Assembly (NCBI GenBank): GCA_051874695.1 | Contig: JBJEGC010000022.1 | Span: forward strand, 5,895-69,894 | Reading direction: 5' to 3' | From: Candidatus Bruticola sp. | GTDB lineage: Bacteria; Vulcanimicrobiota; Xenobia; Xenobiales; Xenobiaceae | DNA length: 64,000 nt | Part shown: one piece after another, positions 45,102 to 54,220 of the stretch | How positions within the stretch are numbered: position 1 is the first letter of the stretch | Layout of the letters: each line of letters opens with the position of its first letter | The notes under the pieces: model-generated | The model's input: only the letters and a program-made list of their open reading frames with translations | Database searches by the model: none | What the model was told of the DNA's origin: nothing | Translations under genes and position numbers: made by a program

Positions 45102-47577
45102 TTTGAAAGCAGAGCGCGTTATTTTTAACATAAGCACTTACGGTGCTTTGGCTGTTGTTGGTGGTATTTTGGCCTTTCCTGCCGTTACAGCGGTGTCACA
45201 GGCCTACAGTAACGGCGCGCTCAGCTCTGCCCCCGTTTCTTCTCTCAGTCTGTTCGACTTTTTGAGACATGTTGTCCTAGATTCCGATTCAGGGGCCATG
45301 ATGGGAATGGGCAGAGGGGCTCTGGTTATGCTCATTGGAGTGGCCTCTCTGCTTTGGTTGTCTGTACCTCGCCTGCGCACTGAAAAGGGTGTTTTTGTTG
45401 GCATTGGTTTAAGTCTACTGCTTTTGTGGGGGGCCCTTTCTGCTTACTTCAGCGTCTGCGCTTATGAGAGCATGCTCGATTTATGTTCCTACGCTTCTTC
45501 CGTCAGTTTCTTTTTGTTGATAGCTGCCCTTAGCAGAGAGTTCTCTCTAAGGAGATGCCTTGGGGGAAAAAGTGGCGGTGAGGTTCAGCAGTCTGCAGAG
45601 CGCACTGCCAAAGCGGCTGTTTCGTATTTGCAGCTGATGACTTTTGCTGCAATAGCAGGGGCATGGCTGCTTTTTTTATGCAATCCTGTGGGCGATGGCT
45701 TGTCCGGCAGCTTTTACAATAAGAATTTACTCGCCGTATTTCTGCTTTTAACTCTTCCTGTAGGAATAGTTCGTCTATTTGAGCACTGCCGGGAGGCAGA
45801 AATCCATTATATAAGTGGTCTTAGTGCCTCTTTAGTTGCGTCAATTTTTTGTCAGATTTCTTTTATCACTGCAAATATAAGTAGTCTGTTTTTAACTTAC
45901 AGCCGTTCTTGCTTAATATTAGCTTGTTTTGCTCTGTCTGCTTCTTTTTGGCTAATTGTTTATCTTTCTAAAAATAGTCGTGAAGCTTGGCGTGGGGCAG
46001 CTTGGGCCGCCTTAAGTTGTCTGCTGTTGATCTTTTCAGTTTTTCTCTTTTCACGCTCGTTTTATGTCGCTTTAGTTTGCCTGGCCGCATCAGCAGTGGT
46101 TGTTTACAGGTTTTTCTTGAGTGGTGTCAAGGGCGGTAAGTTGATGGCGGCTCTTTTATGTGCTTCGGCTGTTTTATTTTCGTTGGTTGTCCTTTTTGTG
46201 CAGAGCGATTCGATGGCCGCTAAAGGAAGTCGCCATTTACAAGATTTGGGGGCCAAAGGCGATACCTCTTTAACATCCAGATGTCAATTCTATGAAGCTT
46301 CTCTAAAAATTACTGGGGAACATCCTCTGCTGGGAGTAGGGGCCGGTAATTTTGAGCGCTATTATCCTCTGTTTCAAACTGATTTTCGCTGGTTTTCTAA
46401 GCGTTCTCATTCTTTGAGCTGCGATTTGTTGGCTGAAGGAGGGGTGCTCTCGTTTGTACTTTTTTATGGACTGCTTGCTTTTGTTTATGTGCAGACCGTC
46501 AAAAAGGTCAGATCTGATGCGCCGCTTGTGGCTCAGCTTCGTTTGGCCTGTGCTTTAGGAGCTGCCCTTCTACTTATTCATGCCCAGTTAGATATAGACA
46601 GCCATGTTATGGTACTGCCTCTTTGGGGAGCTGCTTTGCTTGGTTTGGCTTGGGGAATTCCCAGCCGGGATGAGTGTTTATCTAATACTCTGGATGAGTG
46701 TGGTTTGTGGAGCAGTGGCAAACGTTACTTTATTAGTTATAACTGCATTCCCGCCGCGGCAGTTATCTTGGTTTTTTGCTTTTCAGGACAGGCCTGGGGA
46801 GGGCAATATTACAGTACTATAGGTAAAATTTATCTTGATATGGATGAACCGGAGAAGGCCAGGCAGTGTTATAACTGGGCTTCTGAATACGATCCCAATA
46901 TCGGTGAGTACTGGCGTCAAATGGCCGCTCTGGCCTTAAACCAGTGTAAGAGCGAAGATAAAGCTAAGTCGGTAGCCGTTAGCATACGTTTTTGTGCTAT
47001 GCAGGCTGCGCGTCTCGATCCCCATAGAGCTTCTGTACAGAGTATACTGGGACAGGGATTGGAGCTGTCTGACGATTTGCAGGGAGCCGAACAATGTTAT
47101 AAGCGCGCTTTAGAATTGGATAGTAAAAATTCTCCTGATATTTATAGCAATTTGGCTAGAGTATATTCGAAGCAAGGACGCCTTAAAGAGGCTAAGTCTG
47201 TACTCGATCGGGCTTGGTCGGCTTTTCCGGAAGAGTTGCTGCATCAGAATTATTTCTTTGACTTTCGTTACAAGCTGATAAATAATGAAATGGCTTCTTG
47301 TTGTTTAATGCGTTTTGAAATTGCTGCAACTGAAGGCAACATGGCAGAAGCAGAACTCAGCTTGTCCAGGGCGTGCAGGTTTGATAGCTCTCTTAAGAAT
47401 AGTTTGAAAGATGCAGCTGTCTATTTTCTAGAGCAGAGCAAGATTTCTGCTGCAGCGGGACAAATTAGCAAGGCAGAAAAGGAGAAAGCCAAAGCTGTAT
47501 GCTTCCTAAAGGTGGCTGCTTCTGCTATGCCGCAGGACGACAATATAAAAGGTTTGCTCCGGCTAACGGAAAGGTAA
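45061..47577 (+). CDS. O-antigen ligase-like (Wzy_C) polytopic membrane protein with C-terminal TPR domain
   Basis: More than 10 TM helices. The Wzy_C signature is present (EHPLLGVGAGNFERYY...RSHSLSCDLLAEGGVLS). The C-terminal ~280 aa are TPR-like. The start is uncertain because it overlaps the upstream gene. Confidence 0.65.
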   Translation: MLSDAKLNWLVCVDLKAERVIFNISTYGALAVVGGILAFPAVTAVSQAYSNGALSSAPVSSLSLFDFLRHVVLDSDSGAMMGMGRGALVMLIGVASLLWLSVPRLRTEKGVFVGIGLSLLLLWGALSAYFSVCAYESMLDLCSYASSVSFFLLIAALSREFSLRRCLGGKSGGEVQQSAERTAKAAVSYLQLMTFAAIAGAWLLFLCNPVGDGLSGSFYNKNLLAVFLLLTLPVGIVRLFEHCREAEIHYISGLSASLVASIFCQISFITANISSLFLTYSRSCLILACFALSASFWLIVYLSKNSREAWRGAAWAALSCLLLIFSVFLFSRSFYVALVCLAASAVVVYRFFLSGVKGGKLMAALLCASAVLFSLVVLFVQSDSMAAKGSRHLQDLGAKGDTSLTSRCQFYEASLKITGEHPLLGVGAGNFERYYPLFQTDFRWFSKRSHSLSCDLLAEGGVLSFVLFYGLLAFVYVQTVKKVRSDAPLVAQLRLACALGAALLLIHAQLDIDSHVMVLPLWGAALLGLAWGIPSRDECLSNTLDECGLWSSGKRYFISYNCIPAAAVILVFCFSGQAWGGQYYSTIGKIYLDMDEPEKARQCYNWASEYDPNIGEYWRQMAALALNQCKSEDKAKSVAVSIRFCAMQAARLDPHRASVQSILGQGLELSDDLQGAEQCYKRALELDSKNSPDIYSNLARVYSKQGRLKEAKSVLDRAWSAFPEELLHQNYFFDFRYKLINNEMASCCLMRFEIAATEGNMAEAELSLSRACRFDSSLKNSLKDAAVYFLEQSKISAAAGQISKAEKEKAKAVCFLKVAASAMPQDDNIKGLLRLTER

Positions 47578-47608
47578 TCGTTACTGTTTTTATTTTTGCA
47601 TTAAATAA

Positions 47609-47652
47609 AACTCCCCGCCGACGGATGGCTTATCTGACGGCGGGGAGTTTTT
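47609..47652. terminator. bidirectional rho-independent terminator
   Basis: AACTCCCCGCCG ... CGGCGGGGAGTT hairpin with an A-tract upstream and a T-tract downstream, between convergent genes. Confidence 0.7.
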
Positions 47653-47712
47653 ATATCAGAAGAAGTACTATATTGGCCTAGCCCCTTTAGTAGGGACAAG
47701 GCCGACAGCACA

Positions 47713-48471
47713 CTATTGGGCAGATGCCATATATATATCGCTTTGAGGAGCCTCAACCCTATTGGCATAAAATACGAAGTTGCCGTCAGGGTGCTGAGGA
47801 GCAGTATTCATAGCTTGCTTGGTGGTTGTGCGCAACTCTCCGGTAGCAGGATCGGCGATGGTGACGGTATCACCCTCTGTTTTGACGATGGTTACGATGT
47901 GACCGCGTCCTGAAGGGGAGAACTCAGGGCCGTTCAAAGCTACAATAACAGGAGTTTTTTCGTTGTTAACCTTGTGATCGATCAGTTCCCAAGAACCGGC
48001 GTTGAGATCGCCGCCGTCTTTCCAGTTATAACCTGCCTTACCGCATTCTGCATTGAGAGCGTTGAGCAGTTCAAAACCGTACTTGTCGTTAATATCGTAA
48101 TCGGTTAAGTTCTGTCCAGTTAAAGCGTTGACAGCCATGGCTACGCTAGTTTGACCGCAGGAAACTGGGGTATTCTGAGCCAACGGTTTTACTCCCATTT
48201 CGCCTAATCTGGCACTGCCGAAGTTAGAAGGATCGACTACGCCAACATTCTGGCTATTCATTAGGCTCCACAATTGGGGATTTACACCTTGAATATCATT
48301 CAAATTGATGGGAGCTTGAGGCTGAGCAAGGGCTTGAGGCACAGGAGCCTTATTCACCTTTTCAAACATCTGGGAGAAAGCGAGTGAATTCACTTCAGGT
48401 TCTTTGTTCAGACGCTTTTCGATTTGCTCTATACGATTCATCGCTTGCTGGATGTTATTGAGCATAAACAA
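47713..48471 (-). CDS. papain-fold C39-like cysteine peptidase domain protein
   Basis: The C-terminal domain has a Cys in QNTPVSCGQTSVAMAV and a His in GRGHIVTIV, followed by Asp, resembling the Peptidase_C39_2 arrangement. No signal peptide. GGAGGG RBS. The peptidase assignment is tentative. Confidence 0.45.
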   Translation of the reverse strand: MFMLNNIQQAMNRIEQIEKRLNKEPEVNSLAFSQMFEKVNKAPVPQALAQPQAPINLNDIQGVNPQLWSLMNSQNVGVVDPSNFGSARLGEMGVKPLAQNTPVSCGQTSVAMAVNALTGQNLTDYDINDKYGFELLNALNAECGKAGYNWKDGGDLNAGSWELIDHKVNNEKTPVIVALNGPEFSPSGRGHIVTIVKTEGDTVTIADPATGELRTTTKQAMNTAPQHPDGNFVFYANRVEAPQSDIYMASAQ

Positions 48472-48621
48472 CCCTCCTGATAAAAGATAGCCAACTTTGA
48501 TAAAAATCTGCCATTGTATGCGAATATTTTACCTTATTTTGTCAAGTATTATCATATTTATATATTAAATTTCAATGAACATTAAGGGCCGAACAGTTAC
48601 GATAGTCAAATTTCAGCCGAT

Positions 48622-49668
48622 TTAAATAAGGGAGCTGATATCGTTGAACTGATGGCGGAAATTTTGTGAGCCTATAGAGCGCACATCGCTGACTCTCTCT
48701 CCGTAAACAGGCTTAAATTCTTCTCCTCCGTAGCGATAGGCATATTCATTCCAAGGACCTTCGCATACCAACCTAAATCGGCAGGATAAACATGGAGGAA
48801 ATTTTTCTTTTATAGTAGGTCGGAGTTCTGACCAGTTCGAGGCGCCGAAGTTTGAGCCGTATTGGTTGATTTCCGAGTAAGCTTGCGTCTGTTGGAATAT
48901 TTCACCGACTAAGTGTTCGTATCCGCTTACTGTACAGTAAGGGAAAGTTTCCAGCCGTACATTTACATGTTTTTGCTGCAAACGCCGGGCTGCTTCTTTT
49001 ACAAAGGGAGATACGTCTTTGTAGCGGGGAACTACTAATTCCCACATTTTTGAGGCACGCCCCTGAGCGTGTGGAAAGGCTATATCGATGGATTCTGCCT
49101 GTAACTCGGCAAATTTATCGGCAATTTCCGGCAGCAAGCGAAAATTTTGCAACGAAATGACAATTTTTCCGCTAAAGGAAAAACCTAATTTGTGAATGTT
49201 GCGCAGCCCCTGAACAGTTTCTGCAAAGGAACCGTTTCTTTGAGTTATTTTATCGTGAACAGTTGCTGTAGGTCCGTGCAAGGCGATACAAAAATTGAAA
49301 ATACCGCGATAGTTGTTCAGATTTTGAGCAAATGCCCAATCGGAAAAAGCTCTGCCGTTGCTTTGCAGCATGATATTGTAGTCAAGTTCCTTAGCCAACT
49401 GGACAATATCCCAAAAATCGGATCTTATAGTCGGTTCTCCGCCGGTAATTACCAGTGTGTCTCCGCGTTCTCTGGCCGAACGCATTTCCTGAGCTATTTC
49501 AGCAAAAGTTTTATCTTGCTTCATATGCTTATTTTTGAGAGCATCGCGAAAATCATCAACTACACAGTGTATGCAGGCATCATTGCATGAATAGCCGACT
49601 TTTAAATCTATTACAGTCATAAGATAGCCTATTTTTAAGTTCTGTGCGCCTTCCTTCCCATGGAACAT
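48622..49668 (-). CDS. radical SAM enzyme with C-terminal SPASM/twitch domain (peptide-modifying-type)
   Basis: The CxxxCxxC motif (CNDACIHC) sits near the N-terminus. GGE-like (TGGEPT) and ribose motifs are present. The C-terminal CLSCRFRLVC (Cx2Cx5C) cluster is typical of SPASM. Confidence 0.8.
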   Translation of the reverse strand: MFHGKEGAQNLKIGYLMTVIDLKVGYSCNDACIHCVVDDFRDALKNKHMKQDKTFAEIAQEMRSARERGDTLVITGGEPTIRSDFWDIVQLAKELDYNIMLQSNGRAFSDWAFAQNLNNYRGIFNFCIALHGPTATVHDKITQRNGSFAETVQGLRNIHKLGFSFSGKIVISLQNFRLLPEIADKFAELQAESIDIAFPHAQGRASKMWELVVPRYKDVSPFVKEAARRLQQKHVNVRLETFPYCTVSGYEHLVGEIFQQTQAYSEINQYGSNFGASNWSELRPTIKEKFPPCLSCRFRLVCEGPWNEYAYRYGGEEFKPVYGERVSDVRSIGSQNFRHQFNDISSLI

Positions 49669-49836
49669 TCAACTTTTTCAACCTTATCGAGAATCGGTAG
49701 CTGTTTTGCCGTTACTTGTCTCTCTCGATTTCAGGTTAAGCCGATTTATTTTTGGCTATAAAAATGGGGATCTGACTACAAGCGGCGAAAGCGCGCCAAA
49801 ACGGTTTTGAATAGCCTAAATCATTTGGATAGAGCC

Positions 49837-51246
49837 ATGAAGCATAGTAGTGAAAAAATAGTAGATGAAGAGTTAGATAGAGCAGTATTTGTTAAAGCCG
49901 ATCATGTGAGAGTTTTTAAGGAAAATTCTGTTTGGGCAATAGATCTGGAGAGTGGTTCTGTTATGAACTTTACCGATTTGGGTAAATCTCTGTATATGGC
50001 CTGCAACGGTTTAGACAACGTTCAGGAAATTGGACGCTGTTTGGGGATATCCACAGAAAATGCCCGCTGTTTATTTCTGGAAATGATGCGGGCCGGTTTC
50101 ATTAAAATTGCAGGTAATGTGGTGTCAGTTAAGGAGAGTGCAGCCGGTACTGGTGTGAATTGTAGTTTTGGGACTGACACATGCGTTTTTGATGCCCGAG
50201 AATTGGAAGAAAATGTCAGGCCACTTAATGAAATCGAACAAAAATGGCGTGACAGAGGATATGCGTTTCTGAAGCACTTGGGCAATACGGCTCATGTGCC
50301 GACCGAAAGCAGAAGGCCGATTTTTTATTTTAGAAATTGGGATTGGTATAAACACAGTCAAATATTAAGTAATTTGTTGTCTGTTTGGATGGAAATAGTC
50401 GGCTTGAGCGATGAGGCACTGCCTAGTATGAATAAGGTTGTTGCTCCCTTCAAGGTTGTTATTGAAAGTGCAGTATTGCCCAAAGCTTCTCAGTTTGTAG
50501 ATATATGTCGTGGCTGTGCCTCTGAAGAGCTGCTGTGCAATTGGGAGCGGCTAACCGATTTAGGGCTTCTGTGGTGTCGTTTACATCTGCTCAGTGCACA
50601 TATATTGTGGAGCGTCAGTCCGGCAGATATAAAGCAAGGCAATACCTCGGCTTTTGCAAAATGTTTTAAGTTCGAGCCGGTGAAACTTCCCGGTCTTGCT
50701 GCTGCAGCAGAAATATCTTCAATGTTATTAGATACAGCTATAAAGCATTTTGCTTTACCCTCCGGATATTGCGGCAGTTTTCCCATAGCTGGTATTTCTG
50801 TAATGCCTGTAGTGTGCTGCTCTCACGAGGGAGAGCTGAAAGAAATTGCTGAGAACTTAGCTGAAGTTAGTTGTTGCACTTGGGGATTTTCGCTAAATGA
50901 TTCTTTGTTGTCAGCAAGTCCGGCTTGGTTGGAAAAAGAGCTCGATGAGCTTTTGCTATTGTGCTTTAACAGCAACGGCCTATCACAGAATACAGAAATA
51001 TTTCCTTTAACTCGTTGGCTTAAAGATATTTTAGGTTATGTCGATCGTTGTGAAAGTTTGGAAACAGTTTTAAATAGGAAAAAAGCGGAGCCATGGTTTA
51101 AAAATAAGTGTCGCCGTTGCCCAAATTGGCATTTTTGCGCTTCAAGTTTTGGCCACCCGTCTTTACCTTGCTCTTGGTTGACTCGCCAGTCTCTGCAAAT
51201 CCTGCGCAGAGTTGCTGACCTTCCTTCTAATAAGCAGCACAGCTAA
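49837..51246 (+). CDS. PqqD-like RiPP-recognition-element (RRE) domain protein with Cys-rich C-terminal region
   Basis: The N-terminal ~90 aa (VWAIDLESGSVMNFTDLGKSLYMACNGLDNVQEIGRCLGISTENARCLFLEMMRAGFI) fit the PqqD/RRE pattern. The remainder has no recognisable domain and ends in CRRCPNWHFC...C. The ORF-track alternative start is TTG at 49807. Confidence 0.5.
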   Translation: MKHSSEKIVDEELDRAVFVKADHVRVFKENSVWAIDLESGSVMNFTDLGKSLYMACNGLDNVQEIGRCLGISTENARCLFLEMMRAGFIKIAGNVVSVKESAAGTGVNCSFGTDTCVFDARELEENVRPLNEIEQKWRDRGYAFLKHLGNTAHVPTESRRPIFYFRNWDWYKHSQILSNLLSVWMEIVGLSDEALPSMNKVVAPFKVVIESAVLPKASQFVDICRGCASEELLCNWERLTDLGLLWCRLHLLSAHILWSVSPADIKQGNTSAFAKCFKFEPVKLPGLAAAAEISSMLLDTAIKHFALPSGYCGSFPIAGISVMPVVCCSHEGELKEIAENLAEVSCCTWGFSLNDSLLSASPAWLEKELDELLLLCFNSNGLSQNTEIFPLTRWLKDILGYVDRCESLETVLNRKKAEPWFKNKCRRCPNWHFCASSFGHPSLPCSWLTRQSLQILRRVADLPSNKQHS

Positions 51247-51284
51247 AAGGAAGCCTATTTGCAGGTATAGAAGCTGAGCGGGCT

Positions 51285-54134
51285 ATGACTGATAATCATC
51301 AAAAATTCACCGAATTAAGTGAAGAGTCCGACAGTAGTGACTCTTTTTCATCTTCATCTCAGACAGAAAAATCTGTCGAAGAACATGTTGAAACTATAGA
51401 TAAAAGTGTAGAAGATAGCCAAGAGACATCAGAGAGTGCTGTGCAATCGTCTAAACAGCAGATTAGTTCCGATATTGCAGAAGATCCTGGCGATGCATTT
51501 GTTTTTGTTGACAGTGACGCTCCTGAAGGTCCGAGCTCTATGGAGCGCTTAACTGATGCTCTGATCAGCCGCTGGCAGCAGCGTCAGGAAAAGCATAGAG
51601 CTGAATCGGAGCCTCCGGTTGTGGATTCTTCTGCTGTGGAGAATAATAAGGAACCAGATCAAGCTTCCGGTGCCGATAAGCAGTCTGAAATCTTTCAGCT
51701 CTCGGATACGGAATTTGACATTATAGGAGCTGACGGAGGCGTTGTGCCTAAAACTGAGGTCGAAGAAGAAATGGACCGTGAGGTTGAACATCAGCGGCGC
51801 CGCAGTGCTTTCTTTGAGGAACAAGAGTTGGTTATGCTGCCTGTTCCTGATATTGTAGTTTTTCCCGGTTTGATTCTACCCGTTTCCATCGAGACGGAAA
51901 GTTCTATAAAGGCAGTAGAGTATGCTCTGGAAAATGACACGCCTTTATTCTTAATTACCAAGAGGCAGAGTGACAGCTCTAACATAGCTAAAACCACTTT
52001 ATATAAGACCGGCTGTATTTGTGCTTCAGTTCAGGCTGCCCGCTTGCATAATGGCAGTTTTCGTTTGGTGCTTCATGGTATTCTTAGAGCTAAAGTCAAG
52101 AAAATTACTTCGCGCAAGCCCTTCGCTAAAGTAAGACTGGAAGTAGTTCATGACATTATTAGCGATAAGTCGGAAATTGAAGCGGCTATGCAGGTGGTGG
52201 CCCATCAGTTCCGCCAAGTGGCCTCTTTGAGCTCCAATATATCTCCTGAATTAGCTATGGCTATGTCTAGCGTGCGCAACCCTGGACAGATAGCCGATTT
52301 AGTGGCTGTCAATTTGGGAGTAACAACCAAAGAAAAACAGTCAGTTCTCGATACGTTAGATGTCTGCGCCCGTTTGCACAAAGTTTCTGTACTACTTTCT
52401 AAAGAAATTGAAGTACTCAAGATAGAAAATAAAATTCAGAACAAAGCTGAAATGGAAATGATGAAGGGGCATAAAGAGTATTTCCTTCGTCAACAGATTA
52501 AAGCTATTCAGGAAGAACTGGGTGATAGCGTCGACGAAGGCGCTGATGTGCAAAGATTGAAAGAGGGAATCGCGGAGAGCGGTATGCCACCAGAAGCTGC
52601 TGAGCATGCTTCAAAAGAGGTAAAACGGTTGAGCCGCATGTCAGCAGCCTCTCCCGATTACAACATGATCTACACCTACGTAGAGCGCTTACTGCAGTTC
52701 CCTTGGAATAAGACTACCCAAGACATTCTCGATTTAAAAAAAGCGGAAGCTATACTCAATGAAGAGCATTATGGGTTAAAAGAGGTCAAAGAGCGAATTT
52801 TAGAGTTCTTGTCCGTGCGTAAGCTTAAAGAAAATCATCGAGGTTCTATTATTTGCTTTGTAGGACCGCCTGGAGTTGGTAAAACTTCTTTAGGTCGGTC
52901 AATTGCCCGCACTATGGGACGCAAGTTCAATCGCACTTCCTTAGGAGGTGTGCGCGATGAAGCTGAAATCAGAGGACACCGCAGTACTTACATCGGTTCT
53001 ATGCCTGGTAGAATTATTCAGGCTATGTGCAGTGCCGGGGCGCGCAATCCGGTAATTATGCTCGATGAAATCGATAAGTTAGGTAACGATTATCGAGGCG
53101 ATCCCTCGGCAGCTCTATTAGAGGCATTGGATCCGGAGCAAAACAAAGAATTTAAAGATAATTATTACGGCATACCTGTCGATCTTTCGGCAGTAATGTT
53201 TATCATGACTGCCAATGTGCTCGATACTATTCCTCCGGCTTTGCGTGATCGCATGGAGGTCATCCGTCTGTCCGGCTATACTTTAGAAGAAAAGATGGAA
53301 ATAGCCAAAGGCTTCCTTATTCCCCGTCAGATAGAAGAAAACGGTTTAACTGGTCAGCTGTTTAGTCTTACCGATGAAGCATTGCGCTGTGTGATTAAAG
53401 AGTATACTCGGGAAGCCGGCGTGCGCAGTTTGGAAAGAGAAATAGCTGGGTTGTGTCGTAAGGTTGCTCGCAAAATTACAGAATCACGCCGTCCGCGTCG
53501 CAAATTAAAAACCCTGACAATTGCAGACGTCCGTGAACTGTTGGGAACCGCACCTTATACAGATTCTGACAAGCTGGATATAGATCCTATACCCGGATGT
53601 GTACAGGGATTGTCATGGACTCAAGTTGGCGGAGAAATGCTGACTATTGAAACTAATATTATTCCCGGTAAAGGACGCATGACTTTGACTGGAAATTTGG
53701 GTCAAGTTATGAAAGAATCGGCCAAGGCTGCCGTTACTTGGGGGCGCAGTTTCTTGAATAGCCGTGGTATCGATTTTGATTATTACAAACACGATATCCA
53801 CATTCATGTGCCGGAAGGGGCTATTCCTAAAGATGGTCCTTCAGCAGGTATAACTTTAGCTAGTTCTTTTATTTCGGCTGCTTTAGGCAAGCCTGCTCGC
53901 CAAGATATTGCCATGACTGGTGAAATTACTTTGACTGGACGTGTTATGGCCATAGGAGGAGTTAAGGAAAAGGTTTTAGCTGCTTTTAATTCGTCTATAC
54001 GTGAGGTTATTTTGCCTGAAGAAAACAGACGCCATCTTCAGGAAATACCTGACGAGATTCGCAGTCAAATCACTTTCCATTTTGTTAAACATGCCGATGA
54101 AGTTATAGATATAGTTATGACCGGGGCAAAATAA
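51285..54134 (+). CDS. lon: ATP-dependent protease Lon with ~170-aa acidic N-terminal extension
   Basis: Lon N domain, AAA+ Walker [10 protein letters not shown], and a C-terminal protease domain with the catalytic Ser in DGPSAGIT and the Lys in ...KEKVLAA. Confidence 0.9.
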   Translation: MTDNHQKFTELSEESDSSDSFSSSSQTEKSVEEHVETIDKSVEDSQETSESAVQSSKQQISSDIAEDPGDAFVFVDSDAPEGPSSMERLTDALISRWQQRQEKHRAESEPPVVDSSAVENNKEPDQASGADKQSEIFQLSDTEFDIIGADGGVVPKTEVEEEMDREVEHQRRRSAFFEEQELVMLPVPDIVVFPGLILPVSIETESSIKAVEYALENDTPLFLITKRQSDSSNIAKTTLYKTGCICASVQAARLHNGSFRLVLHGILRAKVKKITSRKPFAKVRLEVVHDIISDKSEIEAAMQVVAHQFRQVASLSSNISPELAMAMSSVRNPGQIADLVAVNLGVTTKEKQSVLDTLDVCARLHKVSVLLSKEIEVLKIENKIQNKAEMEMMKGHKEYFLRQQIKAIQEELGDSVDEGADVQRLKEGIAESGMPPEAAEHASKEVKRLSRMSAASPDYNMIYTYVERLLQFPWNKTTQDILDLKKAEAILNEEHYGLKEVKERILEFLSVRKLKENHRGSIICFVGPPGVGKTSLGRSIARTMGRKFNRTSLGGVRDEAEIRGHRSTYIGSMPGRIIQAMCSAGARNPVIMLDEIDKLGNDYRGDPSAALLEALDPEQNKEFKDNYYGIPVDLSAVMFIMTANVLDTIPPALRDRMEVIRLSGYTLEEKMEIAKGFLIPRQIEENGLTGQLFSLTDEALRCVIKEYTREAGVRSLEREIAGLCRKVARKITESRRPRRKLKTLTIADVRELLGTAPYTDSDKLDIDPIPGCVQGLSWTQVGGEMLTIETNIIPGKGRMTLTGNLGQVMKESAKAAVTWGRSFLNSRGIDFDYYKHDIHIHVPEGAIPKDGPSAGITLASSFISAALGKPARQDIAMTGEITLTGRVMAIGGVKEKVLAAFNSSIREVILPEENRRHLQEIPDEIRSQITFHFVKHADEVIDIVMTGAK

Positions 54135-54220
54135 CCTTATGAACGGCTGCTGAGACGGCTCCGTTTGCTTGTAAACAATATAGCCGAGTTTTTTGTTAAA
54201 GCAGGGAGGTGTCTCAGCCT

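Noticed and set aside
48472-48621. Promoter-like TTGACA / TACAAT elements on the minus strand upstream of the C39-like gene
   Set aside because: The spacing between the candidate -35 and -10 hexamers is wrong (8 or 21 nt), so it could not be called confidently.
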